From a virus (lineage: Duplodnaviria > Caudoviricetes), in IMG/VR virus record IMGVR_UViG_3300042334_000305, positions 1,175-65,174 of that record: DNA of 64,000 nucleotides; one strand, written 5' to 3'. Position 1 is the stretch's first letter. Every line of letters begins with the position of its first letter. Both the position numbers and the translations under genes were made by a program. The notes under the pieces are model-generated. The model was given only the letters and a program-made list of their open reading frames with translations, searched no databases and had not been told where the DNA came from. Of the stretch, positions 47,082 through 55,835 are shown piece by piece.

Positions 47082-47390
47082 ATGAGAGGATTTACTAAGA
47101 ATGGTGTTAACCTAGATGTATGTGCTTACTGTAAGTGTCCTATTGATGAGTATAGTGCCACAACAGATCACCTTTACCCTAAGAGTAGGGGAGGTAAGTT
47201 AAGTAATGATAATAAGATGCCTTCCTGTGGAGACTGTAATAAGTTGAAGGGGAGTATGGATATAGAGGAGTTTGGCAGGGCCTTGAATGGTCTTATCTTC
47301 TATGAGCATGTTAAGCATAAAGAAAGTATAGCTTACCTCAAGAAGGTTAAGTTAAATGTAGAATCAATAATTAATAATAGAAAGAAATGA
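47082..47390 (+). CDS. HNH endonuclease (McrA-like), 102 aa
   Basis: CAYC..TDHLYPKSRGG..NKMPSCGDCNKLKG. Confidence 0.85.
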   Translation: MRGFTKNGVNLDVCAYCKCPIDEYSATTDHLYPKSRGGKLSNDNKMPSCGDCNKLKGSMDIEEFGRALNGLIFYEHVKHKESIAYLKKVKLNVESIINNRKK

Positions 47391-47656
47391 CAGATAAAGA
47401 AAAAGTAAAGATCTTATCTAATTGTTTTGAAGAGGTAATATGGATGGCTATAAGATATGCTGATGGCCGACATACATTCGCTCCTTCAACAGTAAGAGAT
47501 GCTGTGAGAGATTATCAAAAGGTAAATCCAGAGTGGAAACCTAAACATGATATAACAATAGAGAAGCCTACTGAAGATATGCTTGGAGGGATTTCCTTTG
47601 AATCAGATTACCTATGGGATTTATTTAAAAATGTAGAAGATGAGTCCGAAGGATAA
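47387..47656 (+). CDS. Hypothetical protein, 89 aa
   Basis: AIRYADGRHTFAP motif, clean ORF. Confidence 0.55.
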   Translation: MTDKEKVKILSNCFEEVIWMAIRYADGRHTFAPSTVRDAVRDYQKVNPEWKPKHDITIEKPTEDMLGGISFESDYLWDLFKNVEDESEG

Positions 47657-47855
47657 AGCAAGAGAGCTAGTAAATGATTACTACGTTCTATTCAGTATGC
47701 TATTAGAGAATACTATATCTGAGTATGAGGCAGCTAAATGCGCTTTATTAAATGTAAAAAACACAATAGAAGCTCTTAAGTTTCATAGCTGGCAAAACAG
47801 AAATGAAATAGAATACTATGAAGAAGTTAGACAAGAATTAAAGAAATATGAGTAA
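47640..47855 (+). CDS. KEKAKEL-family small protein
   Basis: MSPKDKARELV..AAKCALLNV..YYEEVRQEL. Confidence 0.6.
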   Translation: MSPKDKARELVNDYYVLFSMLLENTISEYEAAKCALLNVKNTIEALKFHSWQNRNEIEYYEEVRQELKKYE

Positions 47856-48378
47856 TATATTATACGACATGATACTAATGGAGGCTGATAGGATTAGCTT
47901 CTATAAACAAAAAGACCTGGAGCTATTCTACAAGGATAAGTATGGTAACATAGTTCCATTGGCGCACCCTTACGATGATAACGTACAGGAAGTACTTAAA
48001 CAACTGCTTAAAAGAAAGCGTATGAGATACTTTCTTACCTTTGCCGAAGGATTAGATTTAATAAATGAACTTAGTAAGTCAACCAATAGGCTGCTTACCT
48101 TCTTCGCTCAGAATATGGGTTATGACAATAAGTTGAAGGAATGGTCTGTTAGAGATTTACATGATGCCTTAGGTACAGACATGAAGTTTTTAATTAAGTC
48201 ACTTAGAACGCTATGTGAGAAAGATATTATTAGATTTGTAGTCGTAAAAAATAAAAGAACATACATGGTTAATCCAGTTTACTTTTACAGGGGGTCTATA
48301 AAGAGTCTATTCCTAACAGCTCAGAAATATGAAAAAGAATTTCCAAAAAGGGGATTCGATCTAAAAGAAATAAAATGA
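47848..48378 (+). CDS. RepL-like winged-helix DNA-binding protein
   Basis: SVRDLHDALG..IKSLRTLCEKDII..YMVNPVYFYRG matches RepL-type wHTH proteins. Confidence 0.6.
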   Translation: MSNILYDMILMEADRISFYKQKDLELFYKDKYGNIVPLAHPYDDNVQEVLKQLLKRKRMRYFLTFAEGLDLINELSKSTNRLLTFFAQNMGYDNKLKEWSVRDLHDALGTDMKFLIKSLRTLCEKDIIRFVVVKNKRTYMVNPVYFYRGSIKSLFLTAQKYEKEFPKRGFDLKEIK

Positions 48379-49253
48379 ATTTAATAAAACACTCAAAGAA
48401 CGTTCACGAATTAAAGGTAGAAGGACCTGAATTTAGAATGGCTATGTTATCAGATTTACATTGGGATAATCCTAAATGTGATTGGGTAATGTTGAAGAAA
48501 GACTTAGATTATTGCGTATCAGAAAATATCCCCATCATGGTTAATGGGGATTTCTTTTGTTTGATGCAGGGTAAAGGGGATCGTAGGGGTAACAAATCAG
48601 ATATACGCCCAGAACATAATAACGCTAAATATTTAGATAGCGTAGTAGAGACAGCTGTTGAATGGTTTACCCCTTACGCCCACTTATTGACTGTTATAGG
48701 TTATGGTAATCATTGTACCGCTATAATCAAGTGGCAGGAGACAGATATACTACAGAGATTCGTTGACTTACTTAACTACAAGTGTAAGAGTAATGTTTAT
48801 ACAGGTGGATATGGTGGATGGTTTATAGTTAACTCAGAGTTTAGAAGTGGCACAAGAGCTACTACTAAAATTAAATACTTCCATGGATCAGGAGGTGGTG
48901 GTGTAGTTACCAAGGGAGCATTGAACTTAACTAGAGCCTTAGAGATGTATGAGGGGTTTGATGTATTTACTATGGGCCACATTCATGAGAATAGCTGTCG
49001 TAATGACGTAAGAGATGTAATAGATCATAGTGGTCATAAAGGATATAGCAATGGTTTAAAGGATATTCATCTTATGCTTACTGGCACATATAAGGAGGAG
49101 TATGAAGATGGCAGCAAGGGATGGCATGTTGAGAGAGGTGCGCCACCTAAGCCTGTTGGGGGTAGAATACTTACCATAAGCCACAGAAGAGATAGAAAAG
49201 GAGATTTGGATAGGACATTAAAACAAATTGATAGCACTAAATTTCCGTTATGA
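48375..49253 (+). CDS. Calcineurin-like metallophosphoesterase
   Basis: SDLHWD, NGDFF, GNH, YFHG, MGHIHE motifs. Confidence 0.85.
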   Translation: MNLIKHSKNVHELKVEGPEFRMAMLSDLHWDNPKCDWVMLKKDLDYCVSENIPIMVNGDFFCLMQGKGDRRGNKSDIRPEHNNAKYLDSVVETAVEWFTPYAHLLTVIGYGNHCTAIIKWQETDILQRFVDLLNYKCKSNVYTGGYGGWFIVNSEFRSGTRATTKIKYFHGSGGGGVVTKGALNLTRALEMYEGFDVFTMGHIHENSCRNDVRDVIDHSGHKGYSNGLKDIHLMLTGTYKEEYEDGSKGWHVERGAPPKPVGGRILTISHRRDRKGDLDRTLKQIDSTKFPL

Positions 49254-49426
49254 GAATAAATGCGCAGATAGAAGAGATGTGTGGTGTAGTAGAGATGTAT
49301 CTCTTCGTAAAGAAGCAGGTAACTGTTAGAATTGTGTTTAATGATAAGGAGAGTGAGGAACGTCACATTCAGCTATTACACCAGGCTTATGATGTCGCTG
49401 TAAACTTCTTCACCTTTGGTAGATAA
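49250..49426 (+). CDS. 58-aa hypothetical protein (not in ORF track)
   Basis: ATGA-coupled to the phosphoesterase stop. Confidence 0.5.
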   Translation: MRINAQIEEMCGVVEMYLFVKKQVTVRIVFNDKESEERHIQLLHQAYDVAVNFFTFGR

Positions 49427-49434
49427 TTTTTTTA

Positions 49435-49442
49435 TATCTTTG
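49435..49442 (+). promoter_or_regulatory. -7 promoter element TATCTTTG
   Basis: Consensus match before ATG 49457. Confidence 0.6.
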
Positions 49443-49456
49443 ACAAAAAAATAGTT

Positions 49457-49630
49457 ATGAAAGAAAAATATTGGGCCTCTAATCCGAAAAAGAATGGAAG
49501 CTACGTTGACAAGGGAAGAGTGGAAGGGAGACCTGCTGCTGCTCCTACGTTAAATGATGAAGCTGCCACATCGAAGGTAACTTTTAAGTTACAATATAAA
49601 AATACTAAAGATAAAAAATACTGCGACTAA
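49457..49630 (+). CDS. 57-aa basic protein (not in ORF track)
   Basis: First of four TAATG-coupled ORFs. Confidence 0.6.
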   Translation: MKEKYWASNPKKNGSYVDKGRVEGRPAAAPTLNDEAATSKVTFKLQYKNTKDKKYCD

Positions 49631-49794
49631 TGAAAAGAAATGCGTTAAAAAAAGCTATGATGTCAGAATACATGGGATCTGAAGCTGAAGAAAAGTACTC
49701 TTCTAAAAAAGACAAAACTAAACACGAGAAAGGTGAGTCTAAGAAGAAGGAAATGAAAGAAAAAATGATGTCTAAATTTAAAAAGAAAAAATAA
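49630..49794 (+). CDS. 54-aa Lys/Met-rich protein (not in ORF track)
   Basis: 19 Lys, 7 Met. TAATG overlaps at both ends. Confidence 0.65.
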   Translation: MKRNALKKAMMSEYMGSEAEEKYSSKKDKTKHEKGESKKKEMKEKMMSKFKKKK

Positions 49795-49928
49795 TGAAAA
49801 ATCTAAACACAGCACTTAAATCGGCAATGGCTAAAGCTAAAATGATGAAGGGAGAAGAGAAGATGGAAAAAATGCCAAAAGGAAAATCTCTTAAAGTTAA
49901 GGAAACTAAAAAAATGAAAAAATACTAA
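49794..49928 (+). CDS. 44-aa Lys/Met-rich protein (not in ORF track)
   Basis: 15 Lys, 7 Met. TAATG overlaps at both ends. Confidence 0.65.
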   Translation: MKNLNTALKSAMAKAKMMKGEEKMEKMPKGKSLKVKETKKMKKY

Positions 49929-50092
49929 TGCTTAACAAAACGTCAGGCATAGATCCTAAGCTAGTTCAGAAGGCTTACGAGAAGGTTAAGTGGATGAAGA
50001 AGAATAAGAAGAAATCTGATACAGGTTACTACACTTCTGATGACATAGCCGCTAAGCAATCTGAAGCTACTACAAGAGATAAGGGATATTAA
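49928..50092 (+). CDS. 54-aa basic protein (not in ORF track)
   Basis: MLNKTSGIDPKLVQKAYEKVKWMKKNKKK.. Confidence 0.6.
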   Translation: MLNKTSGIDPKLVQKAYEKVKWMKKNKKKSDTGYYTSDDIAAKQSEATTRDKGY

Positions 50093-50183
50093 TTACCCCA
50101 CCGTTATGAGAATAACGGAAACTCCTAGTTCTCAGGTTCTAGGATAGGTTCACTCCCCCTTATGATGAGATAGTCATAAGCCT

Positions 50184-50214
50184 AAGCCCACTAAATAAGG
50201 TGGGCTTTTCTTTT
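50184..50214 (+). terminator. Intrinsic terminator before terL
   Basis: AAGCCCAC-N8-GTGGGCTT followed by TTCTTTT. Confidence 0.75.
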
Positions 50215-50229
50215 GTCACTAATATTTAC

Positions 50230-50237
50230 TAAATTTG
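50230..50237 (+). promoter_or_regulatory. -7 promoter element TAAATTTG, 4 nt before the terL ATG
   Basis: Consensus match immediately after the terminator. Confidence 0.6.
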
Positions 50238-50241
50238 TGAC

Positions 50242-52296
50242 ATGAGTAAAAGAAATAAAGAGGTACTCGAAATTCGCACAGAAGAATGGAAACCTTCACA
50301 TGCTGAATTTGATTATCCACAATCATTTGTTAATTGGATAGATTCAATTAATAGCGGATGGCAGAATAAGATTTATCACGAGCCATTTGAAATCTACTGT
50401 AGGCAAGCAGACCTATGGCTTCAGGATTATTCCGACATACTAGATTACGATACAGAAGATGACCAGATAGAGTGGCTTCTACGAGAGATACAGCGATGTA
50501 AGGATAATACCTTATACTTCTGTAATAAGTACGGATATATCAAGGAGGATAGGTCTGAGAATGGTATGCTTTTATATCAAGCCTGGGATGCTCAGAAAGT
50601 ATTACTATTCCTATTCGACTGTGGTTATTCGCTTATGATTGGTAAGGCCCGACAGATTGGTTTTACCACTACCATGTGTCTAGCAGGAATGAAACGTGTA
50701 AACTTCAATAAATCATACTTCATTAAGTTTGTTACTCACTCTAAAGATAAGGGCGTGGAGATATTTAGGGATAAGGTTAAGTGGACATACACTAAGCTGC
50801 CTGATGTAATAGCTCAAGAGGTTAAGAACTGGACAGACCAGGTGATGTCATTCGATAAGAAAGGAGATAAGAAAGGTCGAGAGGATGGTGGTGCATCACG
50901 CTTCCAGGTAGATACTCCAGCTGTAGATGCTATCAATGGTGGGTCTCCATCAGCGGTATTCATTGATGAGATTGGTTTATTTGAGATATTTGGTGAGATG
51001 ATGAGGGAAGGTAGGCCAGCCTTATTTAAGTACAATCCTGATACTAAGAAGATGACTATGCAGCAACAGTTCTTAGCCTGGGGTACAGGAGGTGAGATGG
51101 ATAAGGGAGGTTCTGTATTTGAATCTGAATTTAAGATGTGTCTTAAACAATGGAAAGAAAAAAACTATGACTATGGTATTATACCTCTATTCTTTAATGC
51201 TTACGCAAGGCGAGGCGTTAATGATGCTCACATTAATAATGAGAGAAAGGCTTATTTGGCACTAGAAGGAACGAAGAAGGGCGAAGTAGCTAAGGTTCAG
51301 TTCCATCAGCATTATCCTATCACGATAGATGACATGTTCCTACGTAAATCACGTACTTTAGTACCTATTCACACCTGTAATCAGCGATTAAATGACATTT
51401 ATGGTATGGATAAGACACTAGATTACGGATTCTTTGAGCCTATACTAGATTTTAGTAGGCCAACACCTGATTTATTGACTGAATATAAGATTATAGGAGC
51501 TAAATGGGTGTCAACAGGTTCTAGGGAAGATGTATCTACCTCAGCTGTGATTATTCATCACCCACCAACAGGGGAGAAATGGAAGAATAGGTGGTATCAA
51601 GGTACTGACCCCATCAACTCAGAGACAGGACACTCTATGATGTGTAGTGCTATATGGGATTCATTGACTAATTCTGTGTCATCTGTGGTATTCCATAGAG
51701 ATAGAAAGTTCAAACAGACGTATCTACAGGTGTTATTACAAAGTTTATACTACGATCAGATAGGAAAAGGTGGTGTTAAGGAGCTAGTAGAGAATAACAT
51801 AGGGGATATGCATGTGGATTTTCAGGAGATACATGGATTTAAGAGTAAGTTTACCGCTAACGCTCAGCTTCCAGAGTATTTTCATACGCATGGAGGGAAA
51901 TGGTTTGGTATATCGAATAAAGCTAATACAGCACCTAGGATTATCGCTAAGTTGGAGGAGTTGTTAGAGGCTTACATGTATAACATAGATATTCCTTGGT
52001 TCTGGGAGCAATTAAAAACTTTTGTGGAGAAAGATTTAAAGAGTACCACTAGCCACAGGCAGACGAGGTATCAGGCAGCTGATCCTAGGTATGATTATGA
52101 TGATAGCATCTTCGCCATAACCTTTGCGTATATAAATAGTATTGCTCACGCTAGATATGAGCCAGAGAATGTGAAAGCAGAAGGTGGATTACCTAATGTG
52201 GAGATACGATTTGTTCAGACGAAGGAAACGAATTATAGACTAAAGAAAGCAAGAGTTGATAAGAACACAGGTAAGATATTAAAAATACTTGATTAA
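50242..52296 (+). CDS. terL: Terminase large subunit
   Basis: Walker A GKARQIGFTT, Walker B VFIDEIG, nuclease GTDP and C-terminal DDSIFA. Confidence 0.92.
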   Translation: MSKRNKEVLEIRTEEWKPSHAEFDYPQSFVNWIDSINSGWQNKIYHEPFEIYCRQADLWLQDYSDILDYDTEDDQIEWLLREIQRCKDNTLYFCNKYGYIKEDRSENGMLLYQAWDAQKVLLFLFDCGYSLMIGKARQIGFTTTMCLAGMKRVNFNKSYFIKFVTHSKDKGVEIFRDKVKWTYTKLPDVIAQEVKNWTDQVMSFDKKGDKKGREDGGASRFQVDTPAVDAINGGSPSAVFIDEIGLFEIFGEMMREGRPALFKYNPDTKKMTMQQQFLAWGTGGEMDKGGSVFESEFKMCLKQWKEKNYDYGIIPLFFNAYARRGVNDAHINNERKAYLALEGTKKGEVAKVQFHQHYPITIDDMFLRKSRTLVPIHTCNQRLNDIYGMDKTLDYGFFEPILDFSRPTPDLLTEYKIIGAKWVSTGSREDVSTSAVIIHHPPTGEKWKNRWYQGTDPINSETGHSMMCSAIWDSLTNSVSSVVFHRDRKFKQTYLQVLLQSLYYDQIGKGGVKELVENNIGDMHVDFQEIHGFKSKFTANAQLPEYFHTHGGKWFGISNKANTAPRIIAKLEELLEAYMYNIDIPWFWEQLKTFVEKDLKSTTSHRQTRYQAADPRYDYDDSIFAITFAYINSIAHARYEPENVKAEGGLPNVEIRFVQTKETNYRLKKARVDKNTGKILKILD

Positions 52297-52305
52297 AATT
52301 TATCG

Positions 52306-52313
52306 TATATTTG
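52306..52313 (+). promoter_or_regulatory. -7 promoter element TATATTTG
   Basis: Consensus match before ATG 52336. Confidence 0.6.
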
Positions 52314-52335
52314 TAGAAATTTTAAATTAAATAAT

Positions 52336-53310
52336 ATGCCAGTAGGATTAACAGTTTTAGACATAGACACAGATATAATAAATCCATTGAATGGAACTAG
52401 TGTAACAGTAAGTGGAGTTCCTATTGATGCTCCTACTTCAACACCTGCTCCAACTCAAGGAAGCAATTTAGCAATTGGAACAAATGCAATGTCATCTATT
52501 GTAGCTGGAACTGCAAACATAGCTATCGGAGAAGATTCTTTAAAAAATTATGATTCTGCCAATGAAAATCTAGGATTTAACACCGCTATAGGTGTAAGAT
52601 CAATGGAAGATACTACTTATGGTGATTATAATGTAGCTATTGGATTTGAAGCTATGAAAAAAAATATTGGAGGTCAATCTAATGTTGCAATTGGTTATCA
52701 ATCATTAGGGAGTTCGACTTTATCACCAGTTCCATTTGGTAATGATGCAAACATAGCTATTGGGTCTCAATCGTTAAAACAAGTTACCGCAGCAGCTGGA
52801 AATGTATGTGTTGGTACTAGTTCTGGAGAACAAGTATCTACTGGTCTTTGGAATTGCCTTTTAGGAACTGCTGCTGGTCAGTTATTAACCACAGGTAGCA
52901 ATAATATATGTATTGGTTATCAGTCTGCTGCACCTACTGTAACAACATCAAATTCAATAACACTAGGTAATTCATCGCATACTGTAATTCGTGCTGCTGT
53001 AACAACAATCACATCTCTTTCTGATGCTAGAGATAAAAAGAATATCGAAGAATCTAAATATGGTCTTGATTTAGTTGAGTCTCTTAAACCTGTTACATTT
53101 GAGTGGGAAACTAGAGATGGTGGTAAGAAAGATATTAAAGATTTAGGTTTTATAGCACAAGACTTGAAAGAAGTAGATGATGATTATTTAGGATTAGTAT
53201 ATGATGAGAATCCTGAAAAGCTAGAAGCTAGTTATGGTAGATTAATTCCTGTATTAGTAAAAGCTATCCAAGAGTTATCAGAAGAAGTTAAACAATTAAA
53301 AAATAAATAA
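52336..53310 (+). CDS. Trimeric fibre with beta-roll repeats and peptidase S74 intramolecular chaperone
   Basis: NxAIG repeats, SDARDKKNI..LKPVTFEW..GFIAQDL..SYGRLIPVLVKAIQEL. Confidence 0.85.
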   Translation: MPVGLTVLDIDTDIINPLNGTSVTVSGVPIDAPTSTPAPTQGSNLAIGTNAMSSIVAGTANIAIGEDSLKNYDSANENLGFNTAIGVRSMEDTTYGDYNVAIGFEAMKKNIGGQSNVAIGYQSLGSSTLSPVPFGNDANIAIGSQSLKQVTAAAGNVCVGTSSGEQVSTGLWNCLLGTAAGQLLTTGSNNICIGYQSAAPTVTTSNSITLGNSSHTVIRAAVTTITSLSDARDKKNIEESKYGLDLVESLKPVTFEWETRDGGKKDIKDLGFIAQDLKEVDDDYLGLVYDENPEKLEASYGRLIPVLVKAIQELSEEVKQLKNK

Positions 53311-53311
53311 A

Positions 53312-53599
53312 ATGCCAATACAACAATTATCAACTTATAGAAGAGGTGGTTCAGTTTTAGAGAGAAACGAACAATTAATAGTAACAGATATTGCTAATAT
53401 CATAGCAGCTGTTAACGAAGGAGGAACAGGAGAAGTAATAGGAACTAGTATATGGGCTAATGGCTTTAGAGTTGTTGGTTGTATAGGAGAGAATATATTA
53501 CTTCCTGAGAACTCTAACTTAGAATATACAGGACCTTTGTCAATCTGTGTAGGATATAGTATCACAGTACCTGTAGGTACAACTTTAACAATTGTTTAA
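53312..53599 (+). CDS. Small structural protein, 95 aa
   Basis: Between the two fibres. GPLSI..ITVPVGTTLTIV C-terminus. Confidence 0.55.
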   Translation: MPIQQLSTYRRGGSVLERNEQLIVTDIANIIAAVNEGGTGEVIGTSIWANGFRVVGCIGENILLPENSNLEYTGPLSICVGYSITVPVGTTLTIV

Positions 53600-53617
53600 T
53601 AATTAAAATAAAATAAA

Positions 53618-54622
53618 ATGAGTCAATTAAACACCAACGTAATAGCTCCGTTAGGATATACAGGGCCAAATCTACCAGGAGATAATAACTTTGTTCAAGT
53701 GGTAGATAATGCTGGCACTACTATATTTAAAGCTGGTGTTCAAGATAATGTATCTGTAGGAACTAATGCTTTAGATTCTGTTACAACAGGTCAAAGAAAT
53801 ATAGCAATAGGAAAAGATGCTTTAACAGCCGCTACCACTTCTTTAAATAATGTAGCGATAGGCCATAATACATTAAAAAACATAACTATAAATAATACAG
53901 GTGCTGTAGCTGTTGGCGCGTGGGCATTAGAAGCTAACACAGCTGGAGGAACAGCGGTAGGTTATCAAGCAGCAAGAAATTCATTAGTTCAAATAACAGC
54001 TATAGGGATAAATGCTTTAGTTAGCTCAACAGGTATTGGAAATACAGCTGTAGGTAGTAGTGCTGGATTTAATAATACTACTGGAACTCAAAATACATTT
54101 ATAGGTGCTGCGGCAGCTGCTGGGAATACTATAACAGGAAGCAGCAATACTTGTCTTGGATATAGTTCTGGTGGTTTTATTGATACTGGAAGTAATAACA
54201 CATGCCTTGGGTACAATGCTCAAGTTTCTGGATCAGGTGCTTCTGATGAGTTTATATTAGGAAATGCTAATGTAGCTGTATTAAGCTGCGCACAAACTAC
54301 AATTACATCTTTATCTGATGCGAGAGACAAAAAAGAAGTGGAAGAATTGCCTGTTGGATTAGATTTTGTACAAAAACTAAAGCCTGTTAAGTTTGTGTGG
54401 GATGATCGTAACGAAGAAGGTAAACATGACATTAAAGATTTTGGATTTATAGCACAAGATTTAAAAGCTGCTCAAGAAGAAGAAGGTGTTGCTGATTATC
54501 TTAAATTAGTTTATGAAGCTAATCCTGATAAATTACAAGCTAGCTACGGAAAACTGATTCCTATTCTTGTTAAAGCTATCCAAGACCTTTCTGCTAAAGT
54601 AGAAGCATTAGAAGCTCAATAA
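53618..54622 (+). CDS. Second fibre with beta-roll repeats and S74 chaperone
   Basis: Paralogue of 52336-53310: SDARDKKEV..LKPVKFVW..GFIAQDL..SYGKLIPILVKAIQDL. Confidence 0.85.
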   Translation: MSQLNTNVIAPLGYTGPNLPGDNNFVQVVDNAGTTIFKAGVQDNVSVGTNALDSVTTGQRNIAIGKDALTAATTSLNNVAIGHNTLKNITINNTGAVAVGAWALEANTAGGTAVGYQAARNSLVQITAIGINALVSSTGIGNTAVGSSAGFNNTTGTQNTFIGAAAAAGNTITGSSNTCLGYSSGGFIDTGSNNTCLGYNAQVSGSGASDEFILGNANVAVLSCAQTTITSLSDARDKKEVEELPVGLDFVQKLKPVKFVWDDRNEEGKHDIKDFGFIAQDLKAAQEEEGVADYLKLVYEANPDKLQASYGKLIPILVKAIQDLSAKVEALEAQ

Positions 54623-54643
54623 ATCAATCAACTATAAACGATT

Positions 54644-54669
54644 AAGCCTCTCTTACGGGAGGCTTTTTT
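54644..54669 (+). terminator. Intrinsic (probably bidirectional) terminator
   Basis: AAGCCTCTC-TTAC-GGGAGGCTT-TTTT between convergent genes. Confidence 0.75.
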
Positions 54670-55021
54670 ATTTTATATCTAAGGCATACTGAGCTATCAA
54701 CACCTTGCTCTTATCGAATCCTATACCTTTATTCACCCATAGTATTCCATCATCAGAGTTTACTTCTTTAGCATATAGATTTAGGTTATCTAAAAAATAC
54801 CTCATCTCTCTTTTATTTAATAGCTTATGAGATAAGCATTGGTATCTATGTAAGTCATTATATATTCCTTTCTTAGCGTTATACCAGTACAAGTGATACT
54901 CTGACTTTCTTCTTTCATGTTCAAATGCAGCGAACACGTATGACTTAGTAATAAAGTGATCTGTCTTATTATCTATTACTTGCTTGAGTTTATTACTCGA
55001 ATAAGCTGAAGTTGTACTCAT
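54668..55021 (-). CDS. Hypothetical protein, 117 aa
   Basis: Overlaps the exonuclease stop. Confidence 0.55.
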   Translation of the reverse strand: MSTTSAYSSNKLKQVIDNKTDHFITKSYVFAAFEHERRKSEYHLYWYNAKKGIYNDLHRYQCLSHKLLNKREMRYFLDNLNLYAKEVNSDDGILWVNKGIGFDKSKVLIAQYALDIK

Positions 55022-55748
55022 CTATTCTATTGTTTAGCATTAGAGTAGATTCCGTATCAAAATACTTCGTTTCTATTATCTCGTAGGAATCATTCTCTTC
55101 ATTAATCCAACAAAGATATGATTTTCCAATTTTTAAACTAGTGTTTTTCTCAATTATTTTTTTGTATATGCTTAATTGTAGTGAATAAGTGTTGTATTCG
55201 CACTCTTCTAAGTGATTTAAACCATTAATCATCTTAGCCTTATACTTACTCTTCATATTGATCTCTTTATTCGTCTTATAATCCCATATTTGAAGTTCAT
55301 CTTCTTCCATGTTATAGAATAATTTATCAAGCATTCCACATACACCATAGGTATCATCTCCTACTACAAGCTCTGCTCTCACTAAGGCTAATATATTCTT
55401 ATAATCTTTATGGAAGTCCTGTAACATTTCATATAGCTTATTTGTTACATATTCATTAGGATTATATCCTTTACTCTGGAACATTAGTTCAGCGCACTTA
55501 TGAAGCTCTGTACCTTTAATCTGAGATGTTATTCTCTTATCATCCCATTCAGCTATTACATCATCTTTAGTTCTACCATCACGTTGAGCTACTTTATGGG
55601 CCATGATGCTTGTCTCAAACTTCTTCTTATATCTTCCGATAAGTTCAGTTGTTGATATACATCTTCTACCATCAAGGTAATAGGAATGATCTCCTTCATT
55701 AAAGACCACGTTGTTGAACTTGTTAAGTTCAGTTATTATTTCGTACAT
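54993..55748 (-). CDS. PD-(D/E)XK (RecB/Cas4-like) exonuclease
   Basis: GTELH, GMLDKL..IWDYKT, YSLQLSIY. Start moved to ATG 55748 because the track start lies inside the tRNA. Confidence 0.8.
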   Translation of the reverse strand: MYEIITELNKFNNVVFNEGDHSYYLDGRRCISTTELIGRYKKKFETSIMAHKVAQRDGRTKDDVIAEWDDKRITSQIKGTELHKCAELMFQSKGYNPNEYVTNKLYEMLQDFHKDYKNILALVRAELVVGDDTYGVCGMLDKLFYNMEEDELQIWDYKTNKEINMKSKYKAKMINGLNHLEECEYNTYSLQLSIYKKIIEKNTSLKIGKSYLCWINEENDSYEIIETKYFDTESTLMLNNRIDEYNFSLFE

Positions 55749-55760
55749 ATAAAATTTTTT

Positions 55761-55833
55761 GAGCCAAGACATAGAATCGAACTATGTGTTCTCCGACTTA
55801 AAAGGTCGGGCTTTACCACTAAGCTACTTGGCT
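55761..55833 (-). tRNA. tRNA-Lys(UUU), non-canonical geometry, CCA not encoded
   Basis: D arm GCTT-AGTGGTA-AAGC, anticodon arm CCGAC-CTTTTAA-GTCGG, T loop GTTCGATTC, acceptor AGCCAAG/CTTGGCT. Confidence 0.75.
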
Positions 55834-55835
55834 AT

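Noticed and set aside
50098-50214. Hammerhead ribozyme (GAAAC and TGATGAG present)
   Set aside because: The core reads TATGATGA rather than CTGATGA, and stem III lacks the required G-U-H cleavage triplet.
30065-52296. Inteins or introns in dnaB and terL
   Set aside because: Lengths and motif spacing are normal, with no intein or LAGLIDADG signatures.
52336-54622. Diversity-generating retroelement TR/VR pair in the fibre genes
   Set aside because: Differences are ordinary synonymous-type divergence and not adenine-specific, and there is no reverse transcriptase in the window.
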